Shown: one piece after another, positions 29,100 to 37,871 of the stretch | Layout of the letters: every line of letters starts with the position of its first letter | Numbering within the stretch: the first letter of the stretch is position 1 | Assembly: GCA_043801155.1 (NCBI GenBank) | Contig: JAZDMI010000021.1 | Span: forward strand, 2,683 to 66,682 | Direction of reading: 5' to 3' | Length of the DNA stretch: 64,000 nucleotides | Source: Candidatus Gottesmanbacteria bacterium | Lineage (GTDB): Bacteria > Patescibacteriota > Microgenomatia > JAMCYU01 | Position numbers and translations under genes: made by a program | Notes under the pieces: model-generated | The model's input: only the letters and a program-made list of their open reading frames with translations | What the model was told of the DNA's origin: nothing | Database searches by the model: none

Positions 29100-29730
29100 T
29101 TTATTAGCCTTGTTAGAGAAATATCAGACCCAAAATATTATCGCCGTCATAGCTTTAATATTGGCTTATTTAGCGTACAGAAAATCGGTTATTGATGAGT
29201 ATAGGAGTTGGTTGGATCTGGCAAAATCTTTCCAACACGAATTGAATTACGCAAAATATTGGATAGGAAATAGTTATGAAAAGATGATGAGTATAGATTG
29301 GTCGAATCCCTCCAGATTTGTTTATCCTCTTACCGCCGAAGCCGCGAAAGCGTTAATTTGGAAAGGACATCCGCCAAAGAGAATATTCCCAGATGATTTT
29401 TTTGATAAATTAGCTATATATAACGAACGTATTCAGGCATTTAACCATTTTTTAATGATTCAAGGAATCAATTATGTAGTGGCGGAAGTTGATAATAAAA
29501 ATGAAAAAATTTCAGAAAAAGCAAAGCATATTAATTATATCATCCATAATGATCTTATAGGTAGCCAGGATAATTATCACTTACACAATCTTTATAATTA
29601 TTTTAGTTGTCAATTGAAAATGATTGAAAAAGCAGATCTTTTGCTGATTCCATGGTATTTTAAATATCCTGAACGAATAGTTCTTGCTACTATTTTTATT
29701 TATATTATAGTTGATTATTTTATTCAGTGA
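29092..29730 (+). CDS. hypothetical membrane protein embedded between hsdM and hsdS (translationally coupled at both ends)
   Basis: Overlaps the hsdM stop by 8 nt and the hsdS start by 4 nt; N- and C-terminal hydrophobic segments; no known domain. Confidence 0.55.
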   Translation: MNNLLALLEKYQTQNIIAVIALILAYLAYRKSVIDEYRSWLDLAKSFQHELNYAKYWIGNSYEKMMSIDWSNPSRFVYPLTAEAAKALIWKGHPPKRIFPDDFFDKLAIYNERIQAFNHFLMIQGINYVVAEVDNKNEKISEKAKHINYIIHNDLIGSQDNYHLHNLYNYFSCQLKMIEKADLLLIPWYFKYPERIVLATIFIYIIVDYFIQ

Positions 29731-30884
29731 TTATGAAAACCAACTGGCAAACAAAAAAACTCGAAGATGTAGCAAATGTTCATGGTGGTGGTACTCCACC
29801 AACCAGTCACCCAGAATATTTTCAAGGAAATATAAATTGGTATTCTCCAACTGAGATACCTAAATTCGAAGTTACAACGCTCAAAGAAAGTCAGAAAAAA
29901 ATTTCCGATTCTGCAATAAAATTTACTACTATTTCAAGAACAAATTCAGTCCTTTTAACAAGCAGAGCTACAATTGGTACGGTTGGTATTTTGTCAACTG
30001 CTTCCGGATATAGTCAGGGCATAAAAGGAATCGAACCGGGTCCCGAACTAGACTCGTGGTATCTAGCGCATTGGTTGAGATCAAATAAAGATGAGATTAT
30101 TAATAAGGCTTCTGGTACAACCTTTAAGGAAATTAGTACAAGTGAAATAAAAAAGCTAGAAATTCCTATCCCTCCAATTGCTCAGCAAAAGAAAATTGTT
30201 AATTCCATAGAGAATATCTTGGGAAAAATTGAAAAGGCAAAAGAGAATACAGAGAAAAATCTGCAAAACGCCAAAGCTCTTTTTGAATCATATTTACAAA
30301 GTATTTTTGCGAATCCAGGAAAAGATTGGGAAGAGAAAAGATTAGGTGATGTTTGTATGGTCATTGCTGGTCAATCACCGGAAGGAAAATTCTATAACAA
30401 ATCGGGTAGGGGTTTACCTTTCTATCAGGGAAAAAAAGAATTTGAAGAAAGATATCTTGGGAAACCAACAACATGGACAACAGACATTACCAAAGAGGCG
30501 CAAAATGGTGATATTTTAATGTCAGTTCGAGCCCCTGTGGGACCTATTAATTTTGCAACTCAAAAAATTTGCATCGGTCGGGGTCTTACCGCAATTCGAG
30601 CCGGAAAAGATATTGATGAAAACTTTTTATTTTATAATTTACTCTCAAAAGAAAAAGAAATCATTGGTAATGCCGGAGCTGTATTTGCATCAATCAATAA
30701 ATCCGACATTGAGAGTTTAAAATTATTTTTACCATCTCTTCCCGAACAAAAATCTATTGATATAAAACTTGACACAATTTATGCCGAAACAAAAAAACTG
30801 GAAGCAATTTATAAACAAAAATTAGCTGATTTAGAAGAGCTAAAAAAATCGGTTTTGAGAAAAGCATTTAAAGGAGAATTGTAA
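29727..30884 (+). CDS. hsdS: type I R-M specificity subunit (two target-recognition domains)
   Basis: Duplicated TRD architecture with the conserved central (LAEQKKIV) and C-terminal (LPEQKSI) spacer repeats. Confidence 0.9.
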   Translation: MIMKTNWQTKKLEDVANVHGGGTPPTSHPEYFQGNINWYSPTEIPKFEVTTLKESQKKISDSAIKFTTISRTNSVLLTSRATIGTVGILSTASGYSQGIKGIEPGPELDSWYLAHWLRSNKDEIINKASGTTFKEISTSEIKKLEIPIPPIAQQKKIVNSIENILGKIEKAKENTEKNLQNAKALFESYLQSIFANPGKDWEEKRLGDVCMVIAGQSPEGKFYNKSGRGLPFYQGKKEFEERYLGKPTTWTTDITKEAQNGDILMSVRAPVGPINFATQKICIGRGLTAIRAGKDIDENFLFYNLLSKEKEIIGNAGAVFASINKSDIESLKLFLPSLPEQKSIDIKLDTIYAETKKLEAIYKQKLADLEELKKSVLRKAFKGEL

Positions 30885-30886
30885 TT

Positions 30887-31606
30887 ATGAAATATATAAA
30901 AAAGCTTAATATGGTTTGTTTTAACTTACTGGAACTGAAGACGCTATATAAGACTGACAAAGTAATAAAAATTCTTATAGAAGCAAATAAAACAAGGTGT
31001 AATATCGTTAATTCATCTAAAGAACAATCTAAAAAGATCGTAGATTCAGTCGTGAAAGGAGATTTAAAACAAAAGGAGGAAATTGAAATATTCTCGGCGT
31101 TAAGCTTATGTGCCTTATTTTTCGAGAATGATAGTTTTATAGGTTTCGTTTTGAAGGACGGCTATGATGTAGGAAAAAACCCAATACAAACATTAGAAGG
31201 TTTGAAAAAGGCTGCGAAAGAAGATACTCTTACTGATTTTGCAATTATCACCAAAAGTGGAATGCGAGAATTTCAGCTAAAACAATTTTATAGACAAAAA
31301 CTGGAGACGGAAGACCTTTTTAACTTTATAAAAGAAAAAATTGAACATTATGGTGGTAATTTTGGTACCACTGCTTTGTTATTCTCGGTTAGAGGTGATG
31401 GAATAGGACCTTGTCAAAGCAATATTTCTTTTAAAGAAATTCACGAGAGGCTTTGCAAACTTAATTTAGACAGAAATGGATTAATTTTGATTTGGTATAA
31501 TGATGGCAACAAAAAACAGGTGATAATTGAAGTTTATCCTGATTTATCGGCATGCCAAAAAGAAACAGGTATTCACGATCAAACAAAAAATACCCTATAT
31601 AATTAG
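30887..31606 (+). CDS. hypothetical protein embedded between hsdS and hsdR
   Basis: 3-nt gap after hsdS, 11 nt before hsdR; no Walker motif or known domain. Confidence 0.55.
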   Translation: MKYIKKLNMVCFNLLELKTLYKTDKVIKILIEANKTRCNIVNSSKEQSKKIVDSVVKGDLKQKEEIEIFSALSLCALFFENDSFIGFVLKDGYDVGKNPIQTLEGLKKAAKEDTLTDFAIITKSGMREFQLKQFYRQKLETEDLFNFIKEKIEHYGGNFGTTALLFSVRGDGIGPCQSNISFKEIHERLCKLNLDRNGLILIWYNDGNKKQVIIEVYPDLSACQKETGIHDQTKNTLYN

Positions 31607-31617
31607 ATCTAAAAATT

Positions 31618-33972
31618 ATGAACGAAGCAGAAACACGAGCCGAATATATTGATCCAAAACTGAAAGCTAGCGGTTGGGGAGAAGTTGAGGGATCAAAAGT
31701 ATTACGGGAATATCGTATCACCGAAGGACGGATTTTGGTTGGTGGAATACGTGCTAAACCGGAAATTGCTGATTATATCCTCGTATACAAAAACCAAAAA
31801 CTGGCAATTATTGAAGCAAAGCCGGATGAATCTGCCGTTACAGAGGGTGTCGCTCAAGCAAAAGTCTACGCCCAGAAGATGCAGATTGATTATACCTACT
31901 CAACCAACGGTAAAGAAATTTATCAAATTTCCATGAAATCCGGGAAAGAAGAGATTGTAGATGCGTTTTCGACCCCGGATGAGTTATGGAAAAAAGTGTA
32001 TTCAGATCAAAATGAATGGAAAGAGAAATTTGCTTCAATTCCTCTTGAGGGAGAATTAGGGAAACGATACTACCAGGAATCAGCCATTAATAACGTTATG
32101 AATGCGATTGCTGAAGATAAGAAACGAGTGCTACTTACTATGGCAACAGGAACCGGTAAGACAGCGATTGCATTTCAGACCTCTTGGAAGCTATATCAAA
32201 CGCGTTGGACTTTACAACGTGATGGAAATCGGCGTCCGAGAATTCTTTTTCTTGCCGATAGAAATATTCTTGCGGATCAAGCGTTTAATACCTTCGGTGC
32301 TTTTCCGGAAGATGCATTAGTTCGAATTAATCCTCTTGATATTCGGAGGAAGGGATTAGTTCCGATGAACGGAAGTATCTTTTTCACTATTTTTCAAACA
32401 TTTATGAGCGGACCGCAGGGAACACCTTATTTTGGTGATTATCCTCCTGATTTTTTTGATTTTATTGTCATTGATGAATGTCATCGTGGAGGAGCTAATG
32501 ATGAGGGAAACTGGCGCGGAATTTTAGAGTATTTTTCTCCAGCAGTTCAGCTTGGATTAACGGCCACACCAAAAAGAAGAGATAACGTAGATACATATAG
32601 ATATTTTGGCGATCCGGTATATATTTATTCACTTAAGGAAGGGATTAATGATGGATTTTTGACACCTTTTAAGGTGAAACGTATCCAAACAACCCTTGAT
32701 GAATATGTGTACACATCTGACGACCAAGTAATTGAAGGAGAAGTTGAAGCCGGTAAGGTATATAAAGAGCCTGATTTTAATAAAATCATAGAAATAAAAG
32801 AGCGCGAGGCAAAACGAGTTCAATTGTTGCTTGAGAATATAAACCAGAACGAGAAAACAATTGTTTTTTGTGCAACCCAGGATCATGCCCTAGCGGTACG
32901 GGATCTGGTAAATCAATATAAAAAAAGTAAAGATCCTTTTTACTGCGTCCGGGTAACGGCTAATGACGGAGCGCGTGGCGAGCAATATTTACGAGAATTT
33001 CAGGATAATGAAAAGACGATTCCTACGATATTAACCACTTCACAAAAGCTTTCTACTGGTGTTGATGCCAGAAATATCCGTAATATCGTTCTTATGCGTC
33101 CGGTTAATACCATGATCGAATTTAAACAGATTATTGGGCGTGGAACTCGGTTATTTGACGGAAAAGAATATTTTACAATCATTGATTTTGTTGATGCGTA
33201 TAAACTTTTTTTAGATCCTGAATGGGACGGCGAACCGATAGCGAATATTTGCCCAAAGTGTAACCAGGATCCCTGTATTTGCGAAAAAACTCCGCCGAAA
33301 GTTTGTCCTATTTGCGGGCAAAGACCGTGTATTTGTATTAGAGAACCAAGAATTTGTCCAATATGTGGAAAATTCCCATGTGAATGTGAATCAAAAAAGA
33401 AAATAAAAATAAAACTGCGCGATGGCAAAGAGCGAGAGATTCAACATATGATTTCTACTTCTTTTTGGGGGGCAGATGGTAAACCGATGTCGTCGGAGGA
33501 GTTTATTCAAAGCCTTTATGGAGTATTGCCGGATCTGTTTAAAAACGAAGAGGAACTTCGGAATATATGGTCAAATCCTGTGACAAGGAAACGATTTTTG
33601 GAACGGCTTTTTGATATTGGCATTGATTTAGAACAGATAGAAAATATTACCAAGATTGTTAATGCTGAACAATGTGATTTTTATGATGTGCTCTTGTATC
33701 TTGCATTTAGCAATCCACTCATTACACGTAAACAGCGGGCTGAGAAGAATAAAAATCATATTTTTGAAAATTTGTCTGATAAAGAAGGAGAATTTCTCAA
33801 CTTCGTACTGAAAAAATATGAAGAAACCGGATTTGAAGAACTTGACGAGGAGAAATTACCAATACTTCTGAATCTAAAATACCACGCTATTGCAGACGCA
33901 GAAGAAGCACTAGGAAATGTAGAAAATATTAGAGCAACATTCTTAGGATTTCAGGAAGATCTCTATAGCTAG
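31618..33972 (+). CDS. hsdR: type I R-M restriction subunit (PD-(D/E)xK nuclease plus SF2 helicase) with a C-terminal triple Cys-repeat
   Basis: ADYILVYKNQKLAIIEAK nuclease motif, TMATGTGKT Walker A, VIDECHRG DEAH box; three CPxCxxxPCxC repeats at approx 33247-33400. Confidence 0.9.
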   Translation: MNEAETRAEYIDPKLKASGWGEVEGSKVLREYRITEGRILVGGIRAKPEIADYILVYKNQKLAIIEAKPDESAVTEGVAQAKVYAQKMQIDYTYSTNGKEIYQISMKSGKEEIVDAFSTPDELWKKVYSDQNEWKEKFASIPLEGELGKRYYQESAINNVMNAIAEDKKRVLLTMATGTGKTAIAFQTSWKLYQTRWTLQRDGNRRPRILFLADRNILADQAFNTFGAFPEDALVRINPLDIRRKGLVPMNGSIFFTIFQTFMSGPQGTPYFGDYPPDFFDFIVIDECHRGGANDEGNWRGILEYFSPAVQLGLTATPKRRDNVDTYRYFGDPVYIYSLKEGINDGFLTPFKVKRIQTTLDEYVYTSDDQVIEGEVEAGKVYKEPDFNKIIEIKEREAKRVQLLLENINQNEKTIVFCATQDHALAVRDLVNQYKKSKDPFYCVRVTANDGARGEQYLREFQDNEKTIPTILTTSQKLSTGVDARNIRNIVLMRPVNTMIEFKQIIGRGTRLFDGKEYFTIIDFVDAYKLFLDPEWDGEPIANICPKCNQDPCICEKTPPKVCPICGQRPCICIREPRICPICGKFPCECESKKKIKIKLRDGKEREIQHMISTSFWGADGKPMSSEEFIQSLYGVLPDLFKNEEELRNIWSNPVTRKRFLERLFDIGIDLEQIENITKIVNAEQCDFYDVLLYLAFSNPLITRKQRAEKNKNHIFENLSDKEGEFLNFVLKKYEETGFEELDEEKLPILLNLKYHAIADAEEALGNVENIRATFLGFQEDLYS

Positions 33973-34061
33973 TTTTTTGCATTTTCTGTCCTTCCTAATT
34001 CAATCAATTTTTATTATGGCTTTTAATTAGAATTAGTGTTATAATAATAGTGGTTTAAGCG

Positions 34062-34110
34062 GTCTGCGTTTGGCAGACGACTATTGCAGCCTATCAGGGC
34101 TGCTTTTTTT
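34062..34110 (+). terminator. two hairpins (GTCTGC-GTTTG-GCAGAC; GCAGCC-TATCAG-GGCTGC) followed by T7: rho-independent terminator
   Basis: Perfect stems and U tract read directly. Confidence 0.7.
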
Positions 34111-34130
34111 ATGGAAGGAGGTGAAAAAAG

Positions 34131-34430
34131 ATGCAAATTGATAAAGATAAATCAACTTATGTTCTTCCGTATCAGGTAATAATTCTTGATGCGACTGATG
34201 CTTATTACTATGCAGATATAATGGATAATATGAAACTCTTTGATGAGACAGATTCATTATCTTTAGCAGAGAAATTGGCCGATGCTCTATTTATTGTATA
34301 TAACTATAAATGGAACAGTCTGGAAGAAATGAATAAGGTTGACGGAGGATATGATATAAGAGTTTATGATCAAAAATATTCTTGTGTCTATGCAGCTCAT
34401 AAGAAATATCTGAATAAATGGATAATCTAA
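34131..34430 (+). CDS. hypothetical protein (strong GGAGGTG RBS)
   Basis: RBS present; no known domain. Confidence 0.5.
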   Translation: MQIDKDKSTYVLPYQVIILDATDAYYYADIMDNMKLFDETDSLSLAEKLADALFIVYNYKWNSLEEMNKVDGGYDIRVYDQKYSCVYAAHKKYLNKWII

Positions 34431-34458
34431 CTGGTAAATAAAAGGATAAAATAAAAAT

Positions 34459-34902
34459 ATGAAAAAAAGTTACAGCGCCGGAGGATTGGTGGTTAATAAA
34501 TATGGTCAGATATTGGTTGTCAACCAATACGGAAACTCATGGTCATTACCTAAAGGGCATATTGAACCCGGAGAAGATATTTTGACTACGGCAAAAAGAG
34601 AAATCACCGAAGAATCCGGGATAACTGATCTAAAGTTAATAAAAGAGTTAGGGTCTTACGAAAGGCCGAGACTCGGATTAGACCCAAGAAATAATGACAT
34701 CTCGAAAGTAAAAAATATAACTCTTTTTCTATTTGTAACAGATCAACTCGAGACAAAACCTCAAGATTTAGACAATCCCGAGGCTATTTGGCTTAAACCA
34801 AGAAAAGCAGTTGGACGTCTGACGAGCAAGAAAGACAAGGAGTTTCTTCAAAAAAGTCTACGTTTGATAGATCTTAAAAAATTAATTAGCTTCACACCTT
34901 AA
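34459..34902 (+). CDS. NUDIX hydrolase
   Basis: Nudix box GHIEPGEDILTTAKREITEESGI. Confidence 0.8.
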   Translation: MKKSYSAGGLVVNKYGQILVVNQYGNSWSLPKGHIEPGEDILTTAKREITEESGITDLKLIKELGSYERPRLGLDPRNNDISKVKNITLFLFVTDQLETKPQDLDNPEAIWLKPRKAVGRLTSKKDKEFLQKSLRLIDLKKLISFTP

Positions 34903-34931
34903 AGGTGGACTAGGTTCACACCTTCTTCCTT

Positions 34932-34995
34932 TTGCCTTTTTGGGACGGCTGATTTAAATCACATTTTTGCATTTTCGTTTCTTCTGACCTAAACT
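34932..34995 (+). promoter_or_regulatory. two tandem copies of the island promoter module (TTGCCT-17-TAAATC; TTGCAT-17-TAAACT)
   Basis: Hexamers and 17-nt spacers read directly; ATG of the next gene at 35006. Confidence 0.5.
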
Positions 34996-35005
34996 TCAAG
35001 TAGAT

Positions 35006-35242
35006 ATGAATAGTCACGTAAGGTTTATAAAGGCAATTAATATCTGCCTTAAATATGACGAAATAAACACCCATTTACTTCAAAGAAAATTAATGATCGG
35101 TTATTCTACCGCACATATAATTTTCAAGAAACTAAAGGAATTAAAAGTTATAACCGGAGAAAAATATATCTATAATCCCTTTGGAAAAGTTAAAGTTGGA
35201 ACAGTTGACAAAAAGACTGCCAGGTTTTATTTAGTCAACTAA
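35006..35242 (+). CDS. stand-alone FtsK-gamma-like winged-helix DNA-binding protein
   Basis: THLLQRKLMIGYSTAHIIFKKLKELKVI resembles the FtsK gamma motif (SxLQRRLRIGYNRAARLIE...G). Confidence 0.55.
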   Translation: MNSHVRFIKAINICLKYDEINTHLLQRKLMIGYSTAHIIFKKLKELKVITGEKYIYNPFGKVKVGTVDKKTARFYLVN

Positions 35243-35261
35243 TAAATTTTGTAAATTTCTT

Positions 35262-35290
35262 TGCCTTTTTGAGTATGATGATCTAAACTG
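35262..35290 (+). promoter_or_regulatory. island promoter module TTGCCT-17-TAAACT
   Basis: As above. Confidence 0.45.
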
Positions 35291-35298
35291 GGATTAGA

Positions 35299-35814
35299 GT
35301 GGATATTGATATTAGTGGTCTTTTCAGAAAATCTTTCATTGACTCCTTACCCACCTTATTTTATTTATTAATTCCAATAATAATAATTTCAGGTCTGGTT
35401 ATTGCCATAAAAATTGGTTATTATTTTTACCGCCAGCATATCTATAATAAGGCCGGGTTGGATAAAATTGATAAAATGCCCGGTTACGTTTTTGAAGAAT
35501 ACCTTACAAATCTGTTTGCCCGGTTAGGTTACAGAGTAAATCATATTGGTAAGTTTGGAGATTTTGGGGGAGATTTAATTATCGAAAAAGATGGAATGAA
35601 AACATTAGTTCAGGCGAAAAGATCAAGTGATAGAATAAGAGAGAAAGCAATTCAGGAAGCCGTAACTGCAAAAGAGTACTACCATTGTGATAAAGCTATG
35701 GTAGTTACTAATAATTATTTTTATAAACATGCGTGGACGTTGGGCAAGGGAACAAATATAGACTTATGGGCAAGAAATAAATTGGCTGAAGTTATCTCTC
35801 AGAATATAAATTAA
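35299..35814 (+). CDS. membrane-anchored Mrr-type (Mrr_cat, PD-(D/E)xK) restriction-endonuclease-domain protein
   Basis: N-terminal TM helix; FEEYLTNLFARLGY...GDFGGDLI...LVQAKR catalytic-core pattern. Confidence 0.65.
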   Translation: MDIDISGLFRKSFIDSLPTLFYLLIPIIIISGLVIAIKIGYYFYRQHIYNKAGLDKIDKMPGYVFEEYLTNLFARLGYRVNHIGKFGDFGGDLIIEKDGMKTLVQAKRSSDRIREKAIQEAVTAKEYYHCDKAMVVTNNYFYKHAWTLGKGTNIDLWARNKLAEVISQNIN

Positions 35815-35819
35815 TTCTT

Positions 35820-35848
35820 TTGCCTTTTTGGGTCTGCTGATTTAAACT
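35820..35848 (+). promoter_or_regulatory. island promoter module TTGCCT-17-TAAACT
   Basis: As above. Confidence 0.45.
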
Positions 35849-35867
35849 AATATTATAGGAATATTCA

Positions 35868-36584
35868 ATGATTAAAATTAATACCACATTTATTAATACT
35901 TCTTCTGATAATTCTTCAAAAGGTTCTCCGGGGAATATACAATTTAACTTTAAATCATCATATTCTTTTAACAACAAATTATTATTTCATTTAGATTTTA
36001 AAGATCCTTCTCTCTATTTGCTATTATTTACAAATTTATCAACTATTTATTTTGCCTATATAGAACACTGGAATCTTTTAACAGTGATGTGGATATACTG
36101 GTTCCAGAGTATAATCATTGGTTTATTCACGTTTGTTAGACTAATAAACTTGCGAAATTATAATTCTCGGGCAATCTCTTTTATTATTAGTTATGGAATA
36201 TTTCATATGGGATTTCTGGTTTTTCTATTGTTAGGATTTTTAGGCAATGCTACTAGGGGAATAGTCTCTGAATTTGGTTTTGTTTTGATGTCCGCCTTTT
36301 TATTTTTCGTCAACCACTTATTTTCTTATTTTTATAATAAAGATCGTGATCAGGAAGGATTTATTTTTCACAAAGATGTAGATAGAATAATCTCGATTTC
36401 ATATATGCGTATAATACCCATGCATATAATAATTATTCTCGGGCAAATTATAACTTCAATTTTTTTATCGGAGGCAAGATACACTCTTTTTCTCTTTTTA
36501 TTTTTAAAGACTTATGCTGATTTATATTCCCATACACTTAAGCATACATCTGCTGCTTCGCCAATAGATGTAAAGAATTCTTAA
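35868..36584 (+). CDS. hypothetical polytopic membrane protein
   Basis: At least five hydrophobic helices; no known domain. Confidence 0.5.
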   Translation: MIKINTTFINTSSDNSSKGSPGNIQFNFKSSYSFNNKLLFHLDFKDPSLYLLLFTNLSTIYFAYIEHWNLLTVMWIYWFQSIIIGLFTFVRLINLRNYNSRAISFIISYGIFHMGFLVFLLLGFLGNATRGIVSEFGFVLMSAFLFFVNHLFSYFYNKDRDQEGFIFHKDVDRIISISYMRIIPMHIIIILGQIITSIFLSEARYTLFLFLFLKTYADLYSHTLKHTSAASPIDVKNS

Positions 36585-36596
36585 ATTTTATAATTT

Positions 36597-36625
36597 TTGC
36601 ATTTTCTGCCATTTTGATCTAGACT
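36597..36625 (+). promoter_or_regulatory. island promoter module TTGCAT-17-TAGACT
   Basis: As above. Confidence 0.45.
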
Positions 36626-36646
36626 TCGTAAACAAGAGGACCATAT

Positions 36647-37519
36647 ATGACTTTTAATCCAAATGCTGTTTTCATTTCTCCTTCATCCATCTCTGATTTT
36701 AAAACATGTCCACAAACTTATTATTATCGGAATGTCTATAGAAATCCGAAGACTGGATTAAAAATACAAATAATTAATCCAAAACTAGCGCTTGGTGCAA
36801 CAGTGCATGATATATTAGCTCAATTCCTACACACCCAGGGAATAGAAAAAACTAAAGATCAATTACTCAATATCCTTCAGAGATATTGGGGACAGATTAC
36901 TGGTGAAAAAGGAGGATTTAAAACAGAAGAGGAAGAAAAACAATACAAAGAAAGGGCATCAAAAATGTTGGATATTTTTTGGGGAAATAACCATTTTAGG
37001 GAGGTACAACCGGTAAAACTACCCGATTTCCCAAAGGTATATTTTGATGACGATTTAATTCTCACTGGAAAACTTGACTGGATTGAGCTAGAGACAGAAA
37101 ATAAATATCACATCATTGACTTTAAAACTGGAGAAAACGAAGAACGAAGCGATTCTATGCAATTACCTATTTATGCCGTTCTTGCTTCAAATATTTTAAA
37201 AACCTCTGAAATAAAAGCAAGCTATTGGTATCTTGATAGAGATGCCGACTTGAAAAAATTCGATCTGCCCGATTTAAAAGAAACAACAGAAAAACTTAAA
37301 AAAATTGGTTATGTAATTAAAAATAGTCGGTTAACAAATTCTTTTAAATGCAGTTCGGGATACGAGTCGTGTTGGTCTTGTAAAGATTTGCTATCCATTA
37401 GCAATGGAAAGGGTAAACTTGTTTCTGTTGATTACAATCGTAAACAAGAAGTTTATATAATTCCTCCAACAGAAGATAAGCCTATATTAGAAAAACCTAT
37501 TGATGACATTCCTTTCTAA
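36647..37519 (+). CDS. Cas4/RecB-like PD-(D/E)xK nuclease with a 1+3 cysteine (Fe-S type) arrangement
   Basis: N-terminal Cys (KTCPQ), D...IIDFKTGE core, C-terminal CSSGYESCWSC. Confidence 0.6.
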   Translation: MTFNPNAVFISPSSISDFKTCPQTYYYRNVYRNPKTGLKIQIINPKLALGATVHDILAQFLHTQGIEKTKDQLLNILQRYWGQITGEKGGFKTEEEEKQYKERASKMLDIFWGNNHFREVQPVKLPDFPKVYFDDDLILTGKLDWIELETENKYHIIDFKTGENEERSDSMQLPIYAVLASNILKTSEIKASYWYLDRDADLKKFDLPDLKETTEKLKKIGYVIKNSRLTNSFKCSSGYESCWSCKDLLSISNGKGKLVSVDYNRKQEVYIIPPTEDKPILEKPIDDIPF

Positions 37520-37547
37520 AGAATATGTTTATATCTTCTTCTTCTTT

Positions 37548-37576
37548 TTGCATTTTCTGACTTTCTGATTTAGACT
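37548..37576 (+). promoter_or_regulatory. island promoter module TTGCAT-17-TAGACT
   Basis: As above. Confidence 0.45.
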
Positions 37577-37612
37577 ATGGGTAACTATAGAAATTTAAAT
37601 TGGTGAGTAAAA

Positions 37613-37828
37613 ATGATAAAAATAAAAATTGCTGATTGGGAGAAAAAGAAATATCCGCTCGAAGATCCTAAAGATATTGAGGTTTTAGGGAAAATTCATG
37701 AATTGGAAAATCTTCCGCTTTCTTCCGAAGACAAGAAGTTGGTTAATTTTATCCGCACCCAACTTGAGGAAGATTGGCAAACTCCCTGTCTTAATTTCCT
37801 CGAAGATATCTTAAAGAAATATAGATAG
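37613..37828 (+). CDS. hypothetical small protein
   Basis: ORF with a GGTGAG RBS; no known domain. Confidence 0.4.
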   Translation: MIKIKIADWEKKKYPLEDPKDIEVLGKIHELENLPLSSEDKKLVNFIRTQLEEDWQTPCLNFLEDILKKYR

Positions 37829-37871
37829 AACCTAAAATTGCCTTTTTGGGTTTACTTTTTGAAACTGTTGA

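Noticed and set aside
37838-37866. Promoter-module copies at 37838 and 39350 as functional promoters
   Set aside because: Both face the 3' ends of convergent minus-strand genes with no downstream plus-strand ORF. They are kept as module copies of uncertain function rather than called promoters.
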